Shown here piece by piece: positions 41,972 through 50,827 of a DNA stretch of 64,000 nt (position 1 is the first letter of the stretch; each line of letters opens with the position of its first letter). The notes under the pieces were generated by a model. It worked only from the letters and a program-made list of their open reading frames with translations. It was not told the DNA's origin and ran no database searches. The stretch covers positions 5,266 through 69,265 of the forward strand of contig JAPOXY010000135.1 in NCBI GenBank assembly GCA_026706845.1, read 5' to 3'. The position numbers and the translations under genes were made by a program. Source of the DNA: Gemmatimonadota bacterium (GTDB taxonomy: Bacteria > Latescibacterota > UBA2968).

Positions 41972-43399
41972 TCACCATTTTTGATCTATAATCAGAAATC
42001 CTTTCGCTTTACACAGTTCACTGTCTTTCCACCCGTAAAAGAGGAGCATGCCATCTCTTACATTTCCTTTTGGATCTTTGATCGGTTGAATATTGTTAAA
42101 TTTCCAACCGGCATACTCCGGGGCACGTGGCGTCAAATCTCTCACTCTTTGCCAGGTGAATCCACTATCTGTGGAGATCCACTCTTCAATATCTCCTCCA
42201 CCTTTGGAGTCCATGTTGCCACGTTTTCCTTTTATAAATTTGTGATCACCTACTATCAGATAAGCATGCAGCGTGCCACTTTCATCCTGCCTGAGATAGC
42301 AACTGTTCCAATCATCAGTGGCAGGGGTGATAACCGTCTGTATCCATTCATGGTTAATATACCTCACATAATAGTAATTGCACCTGTCGGGCACGTCTTC
42401 TGATAGCACATGCAAAAAGGCCGGATTGTCATTTTCATCTATGACAATATCAGGTGGAACGCCTGCGCCTCTCCAATCGGTATTCCAAATCTTGCATTTG
42501 TCATTTGCAGTGCCAATGTCAATGGGCGTTCTGACTGTCTCGCCATCAAAATTCGCAACCTCATGCGTTTGAAGGTTGATTTTTACATAATAGAGATTGT
42601 ATTTGAGCCCGAGATTCTTTTTGGTTCCATAACGGGGATTGTAAAACTTTTCTGGGATATCCTTCTTATTGTCATCATAAGAACAAAATACGGCGTGCAA
42701 AAACTTTCCATCTTTACTCGGAAAGCAAGTGTGATAAGAAGACCACTCATTCAAGTCCATCGGATTATCTACTGTTGCCGTTTCTTCCCCCATGTTTAAA
42801 TCTGTGACATCATTTTCAGGCCCTGACCAGGTTTTACCTTCATTGTCTGAAATTAAATATGACCACGAACTTCTGTGCTCTCCTGTTCGGAAATAAACCA
42901 CTTGTCTATTATTGTATATGTGATAAACCGTAGGGTAAGAAAGCGAGTTTCTTATTTCAGGGGCTGGAGACCAGTCTTCTACACTGTTTCCAATATCCGC
43001 TACCTTTTTGGATATTAAATGTGTTCCTGGCGTTTTGTGACAACCTGACAAAATATGTAAAAAGTCATCATTATCAGCCCAGATTATGGGGCAATAATGC
43101 TGGTCGTTTGAGCCTTTGGTTCCCAGCTGTATGGGGGATGAGGAGGACTTTGTCTCGGGGTTAAAAGAGATAACAAAAGGATATGTCTTTTCCCTGACCT
43201 CAGCATCCATTGGTGCCCCGCCATTATAGACGATATATACTCGATTGTTGATAAAGATGGCTTGAGGGCGCTGCCTTCTGTCATAGATCATTTTTAATTG
43301 TCCCCCACTTCCAAAGGGAACAACAGAAAAATCCGTTTGTTTCTCAGTGTCCACAGCCTGACCTCCAAATGCAATCGGTGAAATAAGAAGGACTCTCAA
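41972..43399 (-). CDS. BNR/Asp-box repeat (sialidase-fold beta-propeller) glycoside-hydrolase-like protein.
   Basis: Asp-box repeats 'SDNEGKTWSG' and 'STDSGFTWQ' (S-x-D-x-G-x-T-W). Low GC. Confidence 0.65.
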   Translation of the reverse strand: MRVLLISPIAFGGQAVDTEKQTDFSVVPFGSGGQLKMIYDRRQRPQAIFINNRVYIVYNGGAPMDAEVREKTYPFVISFNPETKSSSSPIQLGTKGSNDQHYCPIIWADNDDFLHILSGCHKTPGTHLISKKVADIGNSVEDWSPAPEIRNSLSYPTVYHIYNNRQVVYFRTGEHRSSWSYLISDNEGKTWSGPENDVTDLNMGEETATVDNPMDLNEWSSYHTCFPSKDGKFLHAVFCSYDDNKKDIPEKFYNPRYGTKKNLGLKYNLYYVKINLQTHEVANFDGETVRTPIDIGTANDKCKIWNTDWRGAGVPPDIVIDENDNPAFLHVLSEDVPDRCNYYYVRYINHEWIQTVITPATDDWNSCYLRQDESGTLHAYLIVGDHKFIKGKRGNMDSKGGGDIEEWISTDSGFTWQRVRDLTPRAPEYAGWKFNNIQPIKDPKGNVRDGMLLFYGWKDSELCKAKGFLIIDQKW

Positions 43400-43418
43400 T
43401 TTTCAGGAGTGCCACCAT

Positions 43419-46088
43419 TTACTTCCTGGTGGGGGTTCCTTCAGGATCTACTGTAGCGCCTGTTACAAATAATAAGGCATCTTTGGAAAGCTTCTTGCCG
43501 CCCACGTACATACCCCATCGAAAGGTACTGCGACCACTGGGTCTTTCCCAGTCGTGGCGTCCTATAAATTCTCCATTGATGTAGCATTCAGATGTATGGC
43601 CGTTGTCGCGAATGCGGACATCAAAAGACTTGCCTTCCATGTTCTTTAATACTGTCTTAGAAGTCGCTCTGCGCGGCTGGAATACGACGTCACCATCAGC
43701 GGTCATAACCAACATTATAGACCAGTCTTCACCGCTGTTTTTCACCTGAAAGATGCCACACCCCTGCGCTTTCACAATCGTGTAGGTGCCAATCCATTCA
43801 TGCCAGGTACCGCGGTTCCACCTCTTTTTGCTAAATGCCTCAATCCGGGCCGCATTGGCACGTGCATTGCGCACATTGTGCTCGCCATCAAAAAGGCGAA
43901 ATACCTGTGTGTTTCCGTCCTCTTGATACCATCGCGACCATTTGTGAAACTCACGTCGAGGAATCAAACTGTTGCCCGGTGTGTGAATATTGATTTCACT
44001 TTCTATAGGGCGAAAGGCATGAGGACCTTTTTCTACCACCTTGTTATTGACGTCAATTATCGAACCTGTTATTCCCGCAGAGGAGTTCGTACCGATCGGA
44101 ATCTGTTTCTCTTCGAGAATGGACGACCAGGAAGGATCACTGCCCTGCCTGGTGTAAAGGACCTGATCGGGGTCGTCTGTTGTAAAATCCAGGATCTTCT
44201 TTCGCGTTCCCTTGGTGATGGTGACAACCCCGCTGTTCCACTCAGCATTGAGAAAGGGGCTTTCAAAGACTTTCTTTGGCGCATAGTCGATTGGCTTGCC
44301 ATTGATTGAGGGTACGGCTTTGGCGCTGGTATCAAAGGTCAACTGATCGCCATAGATGGTTTTGTAGCGCAGCACCGTCCCATCTATATGAACTTCACAG
44401 GCTTTTACCTTTTTTTTGAAAGCGTCGAAACTCGTGACATCGCTCCTGGCCATGACTTCAATGATCACTGGTGCGTATTCATCATTGGGGATCATGGTCG
44501 CGTTTTCGGGAACAAAGCGATCCGTTTCAAACTCGCCATCCATCCACTTGAAACCGCCTGTGGACACGCGGATCGCCGCATAAGCGCCTTTGGCCTCCAC
44601 ATAGACCACGCCATCCTCTTCTACTGGCGCGCTCAACCCGCTCTTCGACATCCAGATGATCATCTCGGCACCGTCCTTATGGTGCTTGAGCTTCTGGGTA
44701 ATCAAGCTGCCTTTGCTCTGCACGGACCACTGTGCATTCAGGGCCACCCGGTTGTCTTTGGGGCGAACGATGGGAACAATACGCGCATCGTGTTCGCCGG
44801 CAAAGATCACGCCTTGCCAGCGGTTTTGCACACTGATCGCAGCCCAATCCTCCAGGGGCCTCGCTTCCGTCATTGGCGTTCCCATGATGAAGGCGGGATC
44901 ACAGTAGCTGTAGCGCAGAATACCCCCTCCATCGGTTCGCATCCTGGTCGGCACTTGTGTATCAGCAGTCTTCAAAGGGCGACCCGTTTTTCCCAGACCC
45001 TGGGGACGCTGCCGCACCTCGTAGCGTCCTCGTCCTGCCACGTCGATTGCGATATCGGCCACCACGGCTGGTGGTCGGTAGTCGCTGAGAGCCGCGTTCA
45101 CGTCATGACCATAAACAGCAGGCTGCTTGCCGATGCCAAAGTAGAACCAGGCCAGCGGCGCATTGCCATGATCCCGATTTTGCTTAAGCCCTTTCCAGAA
45201 ATAGATCCGCGACCGCCCACCACCTTGAACGCCGTCAATCTGTTCCTGCGCCCAATAGGCAAAATAAAGATCGAGCAACAGCCCGGCTGACCGTCTCACC
45301 TGCGGGTCACCAAAGTCGTAGAAATTGTAGAACCCCTTGATCAATGTGCTGTTATAATCGTCGCACATCATCTCGATGCACAGGCTTTTGCGCGCACGTT
45401 CACGGCAGTAAACCACAAAATACGCATTCCAGGCCCGATAATGTTCCGCCGCCGTAGCGCCGTCATCATACTTGAGATTCTTGTATTCGGGCCGATCTTT
45501 CGCGATTTTGGCAAATTGCCAGCAGACCGTAAAACTCATGGCATGATGATTCTCTGACAGGTAGATGTGCCAGGTCTTAGATTTCTCGTATTCCGCCTTA
45601 TCAAGCCGGGAAACCTTCCTGACGTATTCCCAAATTGGCTTGAGAGCGAGGGCTTCGGTCTTTTTGGTGATGCGATTACTACCGTTGGCGCCGTACATCT
45701 CAATCAGCCGCATGACGATCTCCGCATGCCAGTGAAAACTGTCGCGATCATTGATGTCCATGGGGTTGTCGAGATAATGCTGGGCATTTTCGACAAGTGC
45801 GGCATTGGCTTCTTCCAGCATCTCGTTCAGGTAGAGGCAACGTGCAGCAAACCCCACCATGGAATAGGAATAGGCCCGCACATAATTTCCTCGCCCGGGA
45901 TCGAGTGGCTTCTGTTTTTTTGCTCGCACCAACGGCTTGCCGGATTCAGCGCGAAACATCGCATCCACTCGCTGGTCAAAGCCAGCTACGACCGCTTCGG
46001 GGGTAAAATTCTTCTTCACTGGTTCCGCTCCTTGTGTCTGCCCAGTTATAAGTATAACGATCAGCATTATGCGGTTTATAATTCGCAT
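43419..46088 (-). CDS. Secreted large protein (~889 aa), paralog of 46451..48550 and 9313..11166. Candidate polysaccharide lyase (heparinase II/III-like) with beta-sandwich C-terminal domains.
   Basis: Signal peptide 'MRIINRIMLIVILITGQTQGA' from the ATG at 46088 (weak Shine-Dalgarno). Block 'LSENHHAMS...CDDYNSTLIKGFYNFYDF...GLLLDLYFAYWAQEQIDGVQGGGRSR' aligns with the 46451 protein. Confidence 0.6.
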   Translation of the reverse strand: MRIINRIMLIVILITGQTQGAEPVKKNFTPEAVVAGFDQRVDAMFRAESGKPLVRAKKQKPLDPGRGNYVRAYSYSMVGFAARCLYLNEMLEEANAALVENAQHYLDNPMDINDRDSFHWHAEIVMRLIEMYGANGSNRITKKTEALALKPIWEYVRKVSRLDKAEYEKSKTWHIYLSENHHAMSFTVCWQFAKIAKDRPEYKNLKYDDGATAAEHYRAWNAYFVVYCRERARKSLCIEMMCDDYNSTLIKGFYNFYDFGDPQVRRSAGLLLDLYFAYWAQEQIDGVQGGGRSRIYFWKGLKQNRDHGNAPLAWFYFGIGKQPAVYGHDVNAALSDYRPPAVVADIAIDVAGRGRYEVRQRPQGLGKTGRPLKTADTQVPTRMRTDGGGILRYSYCDPAFIMGTPMTEARPLEDWAAISVQNRWQGVIFAGEHDARIVPIVRPKDNRVALNAQWSVQSKGSLITQKLKHHKDGAEMIIWMSKSGLSAPVEEDGVVYVEAKGAYAAIRVSTGGFKWMDGEFETDRFVPENATMIPNDEYAPVIIEVMARSDVTSFDAFKKKVKACEVHIDGTVLRYKTIYGDQLTFDTSAKAVPSINGKPIDYAPKKVFESPFLNAEWNSGVVTITKGTRKKILDFTTDDPDQVLYTRQGSDPSWSSILEEKQIPIGTNSSAGITGSIIDVNNKVVEKGPHAFRPIESEINIHTPGNSLIPRREFHKWSRWYQEDGNTQVFRLFDGEHNVRNARANAARIEAFSKKRWNRGTWHEWIGTYTIVKAQGCGIFQVKNSGEDWSIMLVMTADGDVVFQPRRATSKTVLKNMEGKSFDVRIRDNGHTSECYINGEFIGRHDWERPSGRSTFRWGMYVGGKKLSKDALLFVTGATVDPEGTPTRK

Positions 46089-46101
46089 TATAAACACTCT
46101 G

Positions 46102-46416
46102 TTAATCCTGGTGAAAAACTTCCTGTAGCGGTATGCAGACCGGCGAGTTGTCGGGGTTGGTGTCCATGATATCGGCCATGTAGGCCCACCATTTCTTGAC
46201 GATTGCGGTCTCCGGCAACTCATCTGCAGTATTGTCGTCGGCCAGCTTCTGCACGGCAAAGAGTGTCAGTGTCTCTTCATCGAGAAAAATTGAATAGTCC
46301 GAGACGCCAGCTTTGCCCAATTCTTCAGCCAGTTCGGGCCAAATTTCATCGTGGCGCTTTTTGTACTCGGCTTCGTAGCCGGGCTTTAGCTGCATCTTGA
46401 AAGCATTGCGTTGCAT
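46102..46416 (-). CDS. rhaM: L-rhamnose mutarotase.
   Basis: 104 aa 'MQRNAFKMQLKPGYEAEYKKRHDEIWPEL...KKWWAYMADIMDTNPDNSPVCIPLQEVF', near-collinear with E. coli RhaM/YiiL ('KAFVMQVNP..EEYQRRHNPIWPEL...[26 protein letters not shown]'). AGGAG Shine-Dalgarno. The longer track ORF (to 46680) is an out-of-frame overlap with the upstream gene. Confidence 0.85.
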   Translation of the reverse strand: MQRNAFKMQLKPGYEAEYKKRHDEIWPELAEELGKAGVSDYSIFLDEETLTLFAVQKLADDNTADELPETAIVKKWWAYMADIMDTNPDNSPVCIPLQEVFHQD

Positions 46417-46450
46417 GATATTTTGCTCCTGACTTTGAGGTTGAAGGGTG

Positions 46451-48550
46451 TTAGTATTCGTCCCTTGAATTGTTGTTAAAGTCGAGGTTGAGTTTGTAAT
46501 CGCCTTTGCAAATTTCAATCTGGCCGCTATCATAATTGGATTGGATATAAGGGCTGTCGAAAACTTTTGGGTGCTCATAATCGACATACTTTCCACCAAC
46601 TGTAGGCACATCGCTTGTATTGGCCGCATTAAATACCATTTCTGCCATTTCAGGCGCGGCACTCTTGTAAACGACAACAATGCCTGTTTCTCTTGTTACC
46701 ACGGTTCTATAGAGTGTGAGTTCGCCCTGCAAAATCATACGCTTAAAACTTTCCAATGTTGGGTGATCTGCCTTGCGACCTGCTTCTATCAGAACGGGAC
46801 TGTATCTGTTGGTCAGTTGCACAATCGTCTGATCGTTATTGAATCTATAGCTGTCGTTTCTAAGAACCACATTGCCCCGGTACCTGTCGGTCCCTTTTGC
46901 CCAGGCTTTGGCATCGGCCTCTGCTTCCAAAAGAATAACCCGTATTGCCACATAGACATTTCTCTTCTCTGCAAATATCCATCCATCTGCTTCATCAATA
47001 CGATCCCATCCGTTGCCTAAAAATAACCCGAATTCCCGATCATACCGATTGTCATTGGCTGGATACCAGTCTGGATTGGATTGTGCCCAACGTCTTCTTT
47101 GTTGGGTGATCAGCACTTGCTTATGCTGGACGCTGTGATACACCAATTCCATATCGTAGATATTTTCACCTTCGCGTTCTCCTTCTGGCGTATCCAGTGC
47201 AATGGTTGCCAGACGGGTATTGGGATCTTTGGTCACCAGACCTTGCCAGCGCCCGGCAGTTGATAGGTGGTTGTAAAGCGCATAAGGGTGATCCATTTGA
47301 GTACCCAGCACATAATCTGGCGTTACCCAGGTGTATTTGACAAACCGCGATGGCGTATCTCCCATCACGGTGCGCTCCGTGCCCAATGGACGGGGGCTGG
47401 TAGGTTCTTCTTCTCCAATGCCCCGAGAGAGATATGCAAATGACCCGAGCCCTTTTCGATCCAGAGCCAATTCCCATACGATTCTTGGCCAGGCATAGTC
47501 GCTTAAGAGTTGTTGCGGATAGTTGAACGAGGTTTTGCCCTCACCACCCAGATAGAAAATGGCGAGATCCGACATAGAATCGTATCCACCAGCAGTCTTG
47601 TGGTGGCGCGTTTTGGGACCACCTCGTAAACCTGCAATTTGTAGCTGTGCCCAATCGGCCCACATCAGATCTAAAAACATGCCAATTTTCTTTTTTAGCC
47701 CCTCATCACCACAGAAATTGTAGAGCATAAGAATATAACTGATGGTGTACTTCATATAGGTAGGCGAACCATTTTCAAGAAAGAATCCCCGCTTTGCACG
47801 CTCAGTGAAATAGTCATTGAGATAGGGCAACCAGGCATCGTAATGATCGGCTGCGTTATAAGATTTTCCATCCGCCCAATTTGCACGCCCACCACCGTGT
47901 CGATCATTGCTGCCCTGCCCACAATAGCCCGATTCGCCGTATCCGATGCCATCTCCATAACCGAGGTCGGGATAAATGCGGTCAACATACTCGGGTTCAT
48001 TGGCAAAAATACGCGCACTTAAAAGATTACAGGCTTTTGTATTCAGGTCGTGATTCTCACTACCCGCGATCCACCAGGTGCTCTTTTTTGCGACAGAAAT
48101 ATCATTTTTGTACCTGGTTCGCGCCCATAGTAAAGCCAGCAAAGTTCGCTCTGTTTCAGGCGTGAGTCGATTTGGCATCTGTGTACTTTTAGACCCAAAC
48201 CAATTGTAGAATGTAATCAGCCTTGGATTGCGCCACAGGCTGTAGAGACTCTGCCCGGGTTGTATGCCTTTCTCCTCACATTCTGCGAGATTTGCCAGTT
48301 CGATTTGAAAATCTATCGTCAATTCTTTGTTGACTTCGTTTAGATTTTGGTTGAGCCACATCTGATCAAACATCTGACGGTCTTTGCCCGAGAAGTCTGA
48401 TTTTGCACCTGCTTCAAAGGCTTGTTGAATGCGTTGTGGACGCGTTTCCAATTCTTCTGCCATTAATTCGGTGATACGCTTGTCGATGGGTGAATCACCA
48501 AATTCCAGAAGGGATCGAAACCAACTGTTTTTAGCATCTGCTTCAGGCAT
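46451..48550 (-). CDS. Cytoplasmic paralog (699 aa) of the 43419 and 9313 proteins. Candidate polysaccharide lyase-like.
   Basis: 'GSENHDLNT...FLENGSPTYMKYTISYILMLYNF...GMFLDLMWADWAQLQIAGLRGGPKTR'. No signal peptide. Confidence 0.65.
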   Translation of the reverse strand: MPEADAKNSWFRSLLEFGDSPIDKRITELMAEELETRPQRIQQAFEAGAKSDFSGKDRQMFDQMWLNQNLNEVNKELTIDFQIELANLAECEEKGIQPGQSLYSLWRNPRLITFYNWFGSKSTQMPNRLTPETERTLLALLWARTRYKNDISVAKKSTWWIAGSENHDLNTKACNLLSARIFANEPEYVDRIYPDLGYGDGIGYGESGYCGQGSNDRHGGGRANWADGKSYNAADHYDAWLPYLNDYFTERAKRGFFLENGSPTYMKYTISYILMLYNFCGDEGLKKKIGMFLDLMWADWAQLQIAGLRGGPKTRHHKTAGGYDSMSDLAIFYLGGEGKTSFNYPQQLLSDYAWPRIVWELALDRKGLGSFAYLSRGIGEEEPTSPRPLGTERTVMGDTPSRFVKYTWVTPDYVLGTQMDHPYALYNHLSTAGRWQGLVTKDPNTRLATIALDTPEGEREGENIYDMELVYHSVQHKQVLITQQRRRWAQSNPDWYPANDNRYDREFGLFLGNGWDRIDEADGWIFAEKRNVYVAIRVILLEAEADAKAWAKGTDRYRGNVVLRNDSYRFNNDQTIVQLTNRYSPVLIEAGRKADHPTLESFKRMILQGELTLYRTVVTRETGIVVVYKSAAPEMAEMVFNAANTSDVPTVGGKYVDYEHPKVFDSPYIQSNYDSGQIEICKGDYKLNLDFNNNSRDEY

Positions 48551-48568
48551 ATTATTGCTCCACCTCGC

Positions 48569-50803
48569 TCACACTGAGCAGTCCCCGGCGTCTGTTGTAC
48601 CGGTATCAAATGTCCATCCGTCCCACATGTTGTCAACGGTCGCTGGCACATCCTCTCGAAAGTTTCGGGTATCGACCCACCACTGACGGTTTGGTGCTGG
48701 TCCATGCGACAGGTTAAAATATGGCGTCATACCATCTCGTTGATACTCACAGGGAACAACGAGACGCACGACAGGTCGATCGCGGTCAGCAGAGCGATTG
48801 ACACCTCCCCCGTGAATAAGGCGAGGATGCCAGAAAACAACGTCCCCTGCTTTGCCGGAAAACTCCACTGGCGCAATCTCTCTCAGCACATTGTCACGGG
48901 CTTTGCTATATGGCTCTGCGAGGTCGGGGTCAAGGGGACCGTAAACAGTAGTGTGATACAAGTGACTCATGTAATGTGACCCCGGCCAGATTGTAAAGCC
49001 ACCAGAGTGCGGAGGCACCGTATCTACAAAAACCATTGCAGACAATTGAGCCGCTGTATGGTCTCCATGGGGGGCCAAACGACTTTCCGAATTTGGTGGT
49101 TTTGGAAATATACAATAGACCCCTCGCACCCGGTTTGAACGTTTAACCGGCTCGCCGATGAACAATGAAACCAACTGCCGCATACGTGGGTGGTTGGCGA
49201 TCTTATCGACAAAAAAAGGCTCTGTACCAATTTTACGCGAGCGCATCTTCCAGGTGCCGCGCGCAAATTGTCCTGCCTTTTCGGCATCCGCCGCTGTCCA
49301 CTGCCCGTGTGGCGCATCGAACCACGTTTGCACATCGTCGCGTTTGACAATCTCACGCGGCACATTTTCCCACACATAATCCACGATCCGGTCAAACGTC
49401 TCCTTCTCTTGCAGAAACCCGCGTTTCACAAGAAAACCATTCTCTTTGAAAAACGCGACTTCGGCTTCACTGAGGGTTGGGTCTCCATTCACAAATTCTG
49501 GATCGGGCAAGAGGGCGGGGTCTCCGTTCGCTAATTCTGGATCGACCAATACCTGGGGATCACGGATGACGACGTCTTCGGAAATTCTGAGCGCGTGTAA
49601 ACCGCTCCCTTCAAATGGCGGCACTAAAAGATTGTAGATTTGTTGCGCTTTCTCTTTCTGATTCATGCATGCCAATTCGGCTTTCACAGGCTCAAAATCC
49701 ATATTTAAATAAAGGTAAGCAGCGAGCCTCAGACATCTAAATGCGGGCTCTCCAGAAAAGGGTTGAATCTGTGGAAGTGTCCACTCGCGATCGCCCACCC
49801 AGTAGGGATAAAGCCAATCAAAGGCGCGTCGCATGGATCGCCCATCGGTAGATTCATAATTGGCGAGATCAATACCCCACTGTCGGCCAATTTCAGCGAG
49901 TTCTAAAAGAAGCTCCAAATTCATACTCGCGTATCCAAGTGCCTTTGTGCGTGCGAGTTCCAGAGGCTGTTGACCATCTGGCTCAATCTGATCGGCAATC
50001 CTTCTTTCTCCCACCCCTTTTAATATCATTCGCGCAAGATCTGATTGCCCCACAAAAAGCGCGAATGTCACAACCTGAATATCATAAGAACTCGAATGGT
50101 TATTGCCATGACGCGCTTCGTCAACCCCATAAGGATGCTTCAACATCCATTCGAGAAACGCGTGAAACCAGGCCTGCAAATCTTCCATATCTTTTTGGGA
50201 CCAGTTCTTAGAGTCGCGCAAAAAACTGACCGCAGGGAGCATCTCGCGTGCAAATGCCGCTGTCTCAATAAGCCCGATACCTCGCCCTTCGCATATCCCG
50301 GGTATGGCCTGTCCAAACAACAGGTTTGGGTTCATCTTGGTTTCGGGATTCATAAACCATGTTCGCAACAACAATGCAGCATGCGCCGCGTAGTCTTCTC
50401 GCTGTGTAAAACCATACGCTAACCCCAGCGTTTTCACCGTTGAAATGAATTTTGCCAACAAAGGGCGGTCCGTTTTCTCGACCTCGGGATTGACCTCGCC
50501 ATCTCGTCGGATATAAGGCAAACCGTCAGGCTTATCGGGGTCTGGCCACCAGTAAGGTCCAACACTCATGTAATCGTGTTTGTCACTACTGGCAGGCAAG
50601 ATCGGTTTGTTCACAATGGTCAGCGGTTCCTGCTTCAAAGCGGCATCCGCTTTCACAAGCAGGGCTTTAAGGGCTTGCCCACACGGGTTATCTTCCCGTT
50701 TGCTCAACGAGCGCGCCCGCTTGATATAATCGGGATCTACTGTAAATATGGGTTCAGCAGGTGAAAACGCCTTGAGCAGATCAGCTTCTTTGTCTGGATA
50801 CAT
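48569..50803 (-). CDS. Two-domain fusion: N-terminal alginate-lyase/heparinase-N-like alpha/alpha-toroid domain (~430 aa) plus a C-terminal PhyH-family Fe(II)/2OG dioxygenase domain (paralog 7).
   Basis: N-terminal 'DKHDYMSVGPYWWPDPDKPDGLPYIRRDGEVNP' is alginate-lyase-like (uncertain). C-terminal 'EAEVAFFKENGFLVKRGFL', 'APHGDHTAAQ' (H-x-D), 'HPRLIHGGGVN'. Single uninterrupted 744-aa ORF. Confidence 0.7.
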   Translation of the reverse strand: MYPDKEADLLKAFSPAEPIFTVDPDYIKRARSLSKREDNPCGQALKALLVKADAALKQEPLTIVNKPILPASSDKHDYMSVGPYWWPDPDKPDGLPYIRRDGEVNPEVEKTDRPLLAKFISTVKTLGLAYGFTQREDYAAHAALLLRTWFMNPETKMNPNLLFGQAIPGICEGRGIGLIETAAFAREMLPAVSFLRDSKNWSQKDMEDLQAWFHAFLEWMLKHPYGVDEARHGNNHSSSYDIQVVTFALFVGQSDLARMILKGVGERRIADQIEPDGQQPLELARTKALGYASMNLELLLELAEIGRQWGIDLANYESTDGRSMRRAFDWLYPYWVGDREWTLPQIQPFSGEPAFRCLRLAAYLYLNMDFEPVKAELACMNQKEKAQQIYNLLVPPFEGSGLHALRISEDVVIRDPQVLVDPELANGDPALLPDPEFVNGDPTLSEAEVAFFKENGFLVKRGFLQEKETFDRIVDYVWENVPREIVKRDDVQTWFDAPHGQWTAADAEKAGQFARGTWKMRSRKIGTEPFFVDKIANHPRMRQLVSLFIGEPVKRSNRVRGVYCIFPKPPNSESRLAPHGDHTAAQLSAMVFVDTVPPHSGGFTIWPGSHYMSHLYHTTVYGPLDPDLAEPYSKARDNVLREIAPVEFSGKAGDVVFWHPRLIHGGGVNRSADRDRPVVRLVVPCEYQRDGMTPYFNLSHGPAPNRQWWVDTRNFREDVPATVDNMWDGWTFDTGTTDAGDCSV

Positions 50804-50827
50804 GTGAATGCTCCTGTTTTAAGTTGG

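Noticed and set aside
44388-45290. 300-aa plus-strand ORF inside 43419..46088
   Set aside because: Antisense to a long gene with a signal peptide and paralog conservation. The product is His/Arg-rich with no motifs.
46417-46680. N-terminal 88-aa extension of the RhaM ORF in the track (46102..46680)
   Set aside because: The extension overlaps the 3' end of gene 46451..48550 out of frame. The RhaM homology begins exactly at the internal ATG (46416), which has an AGGAG Shine-Dalgarno.
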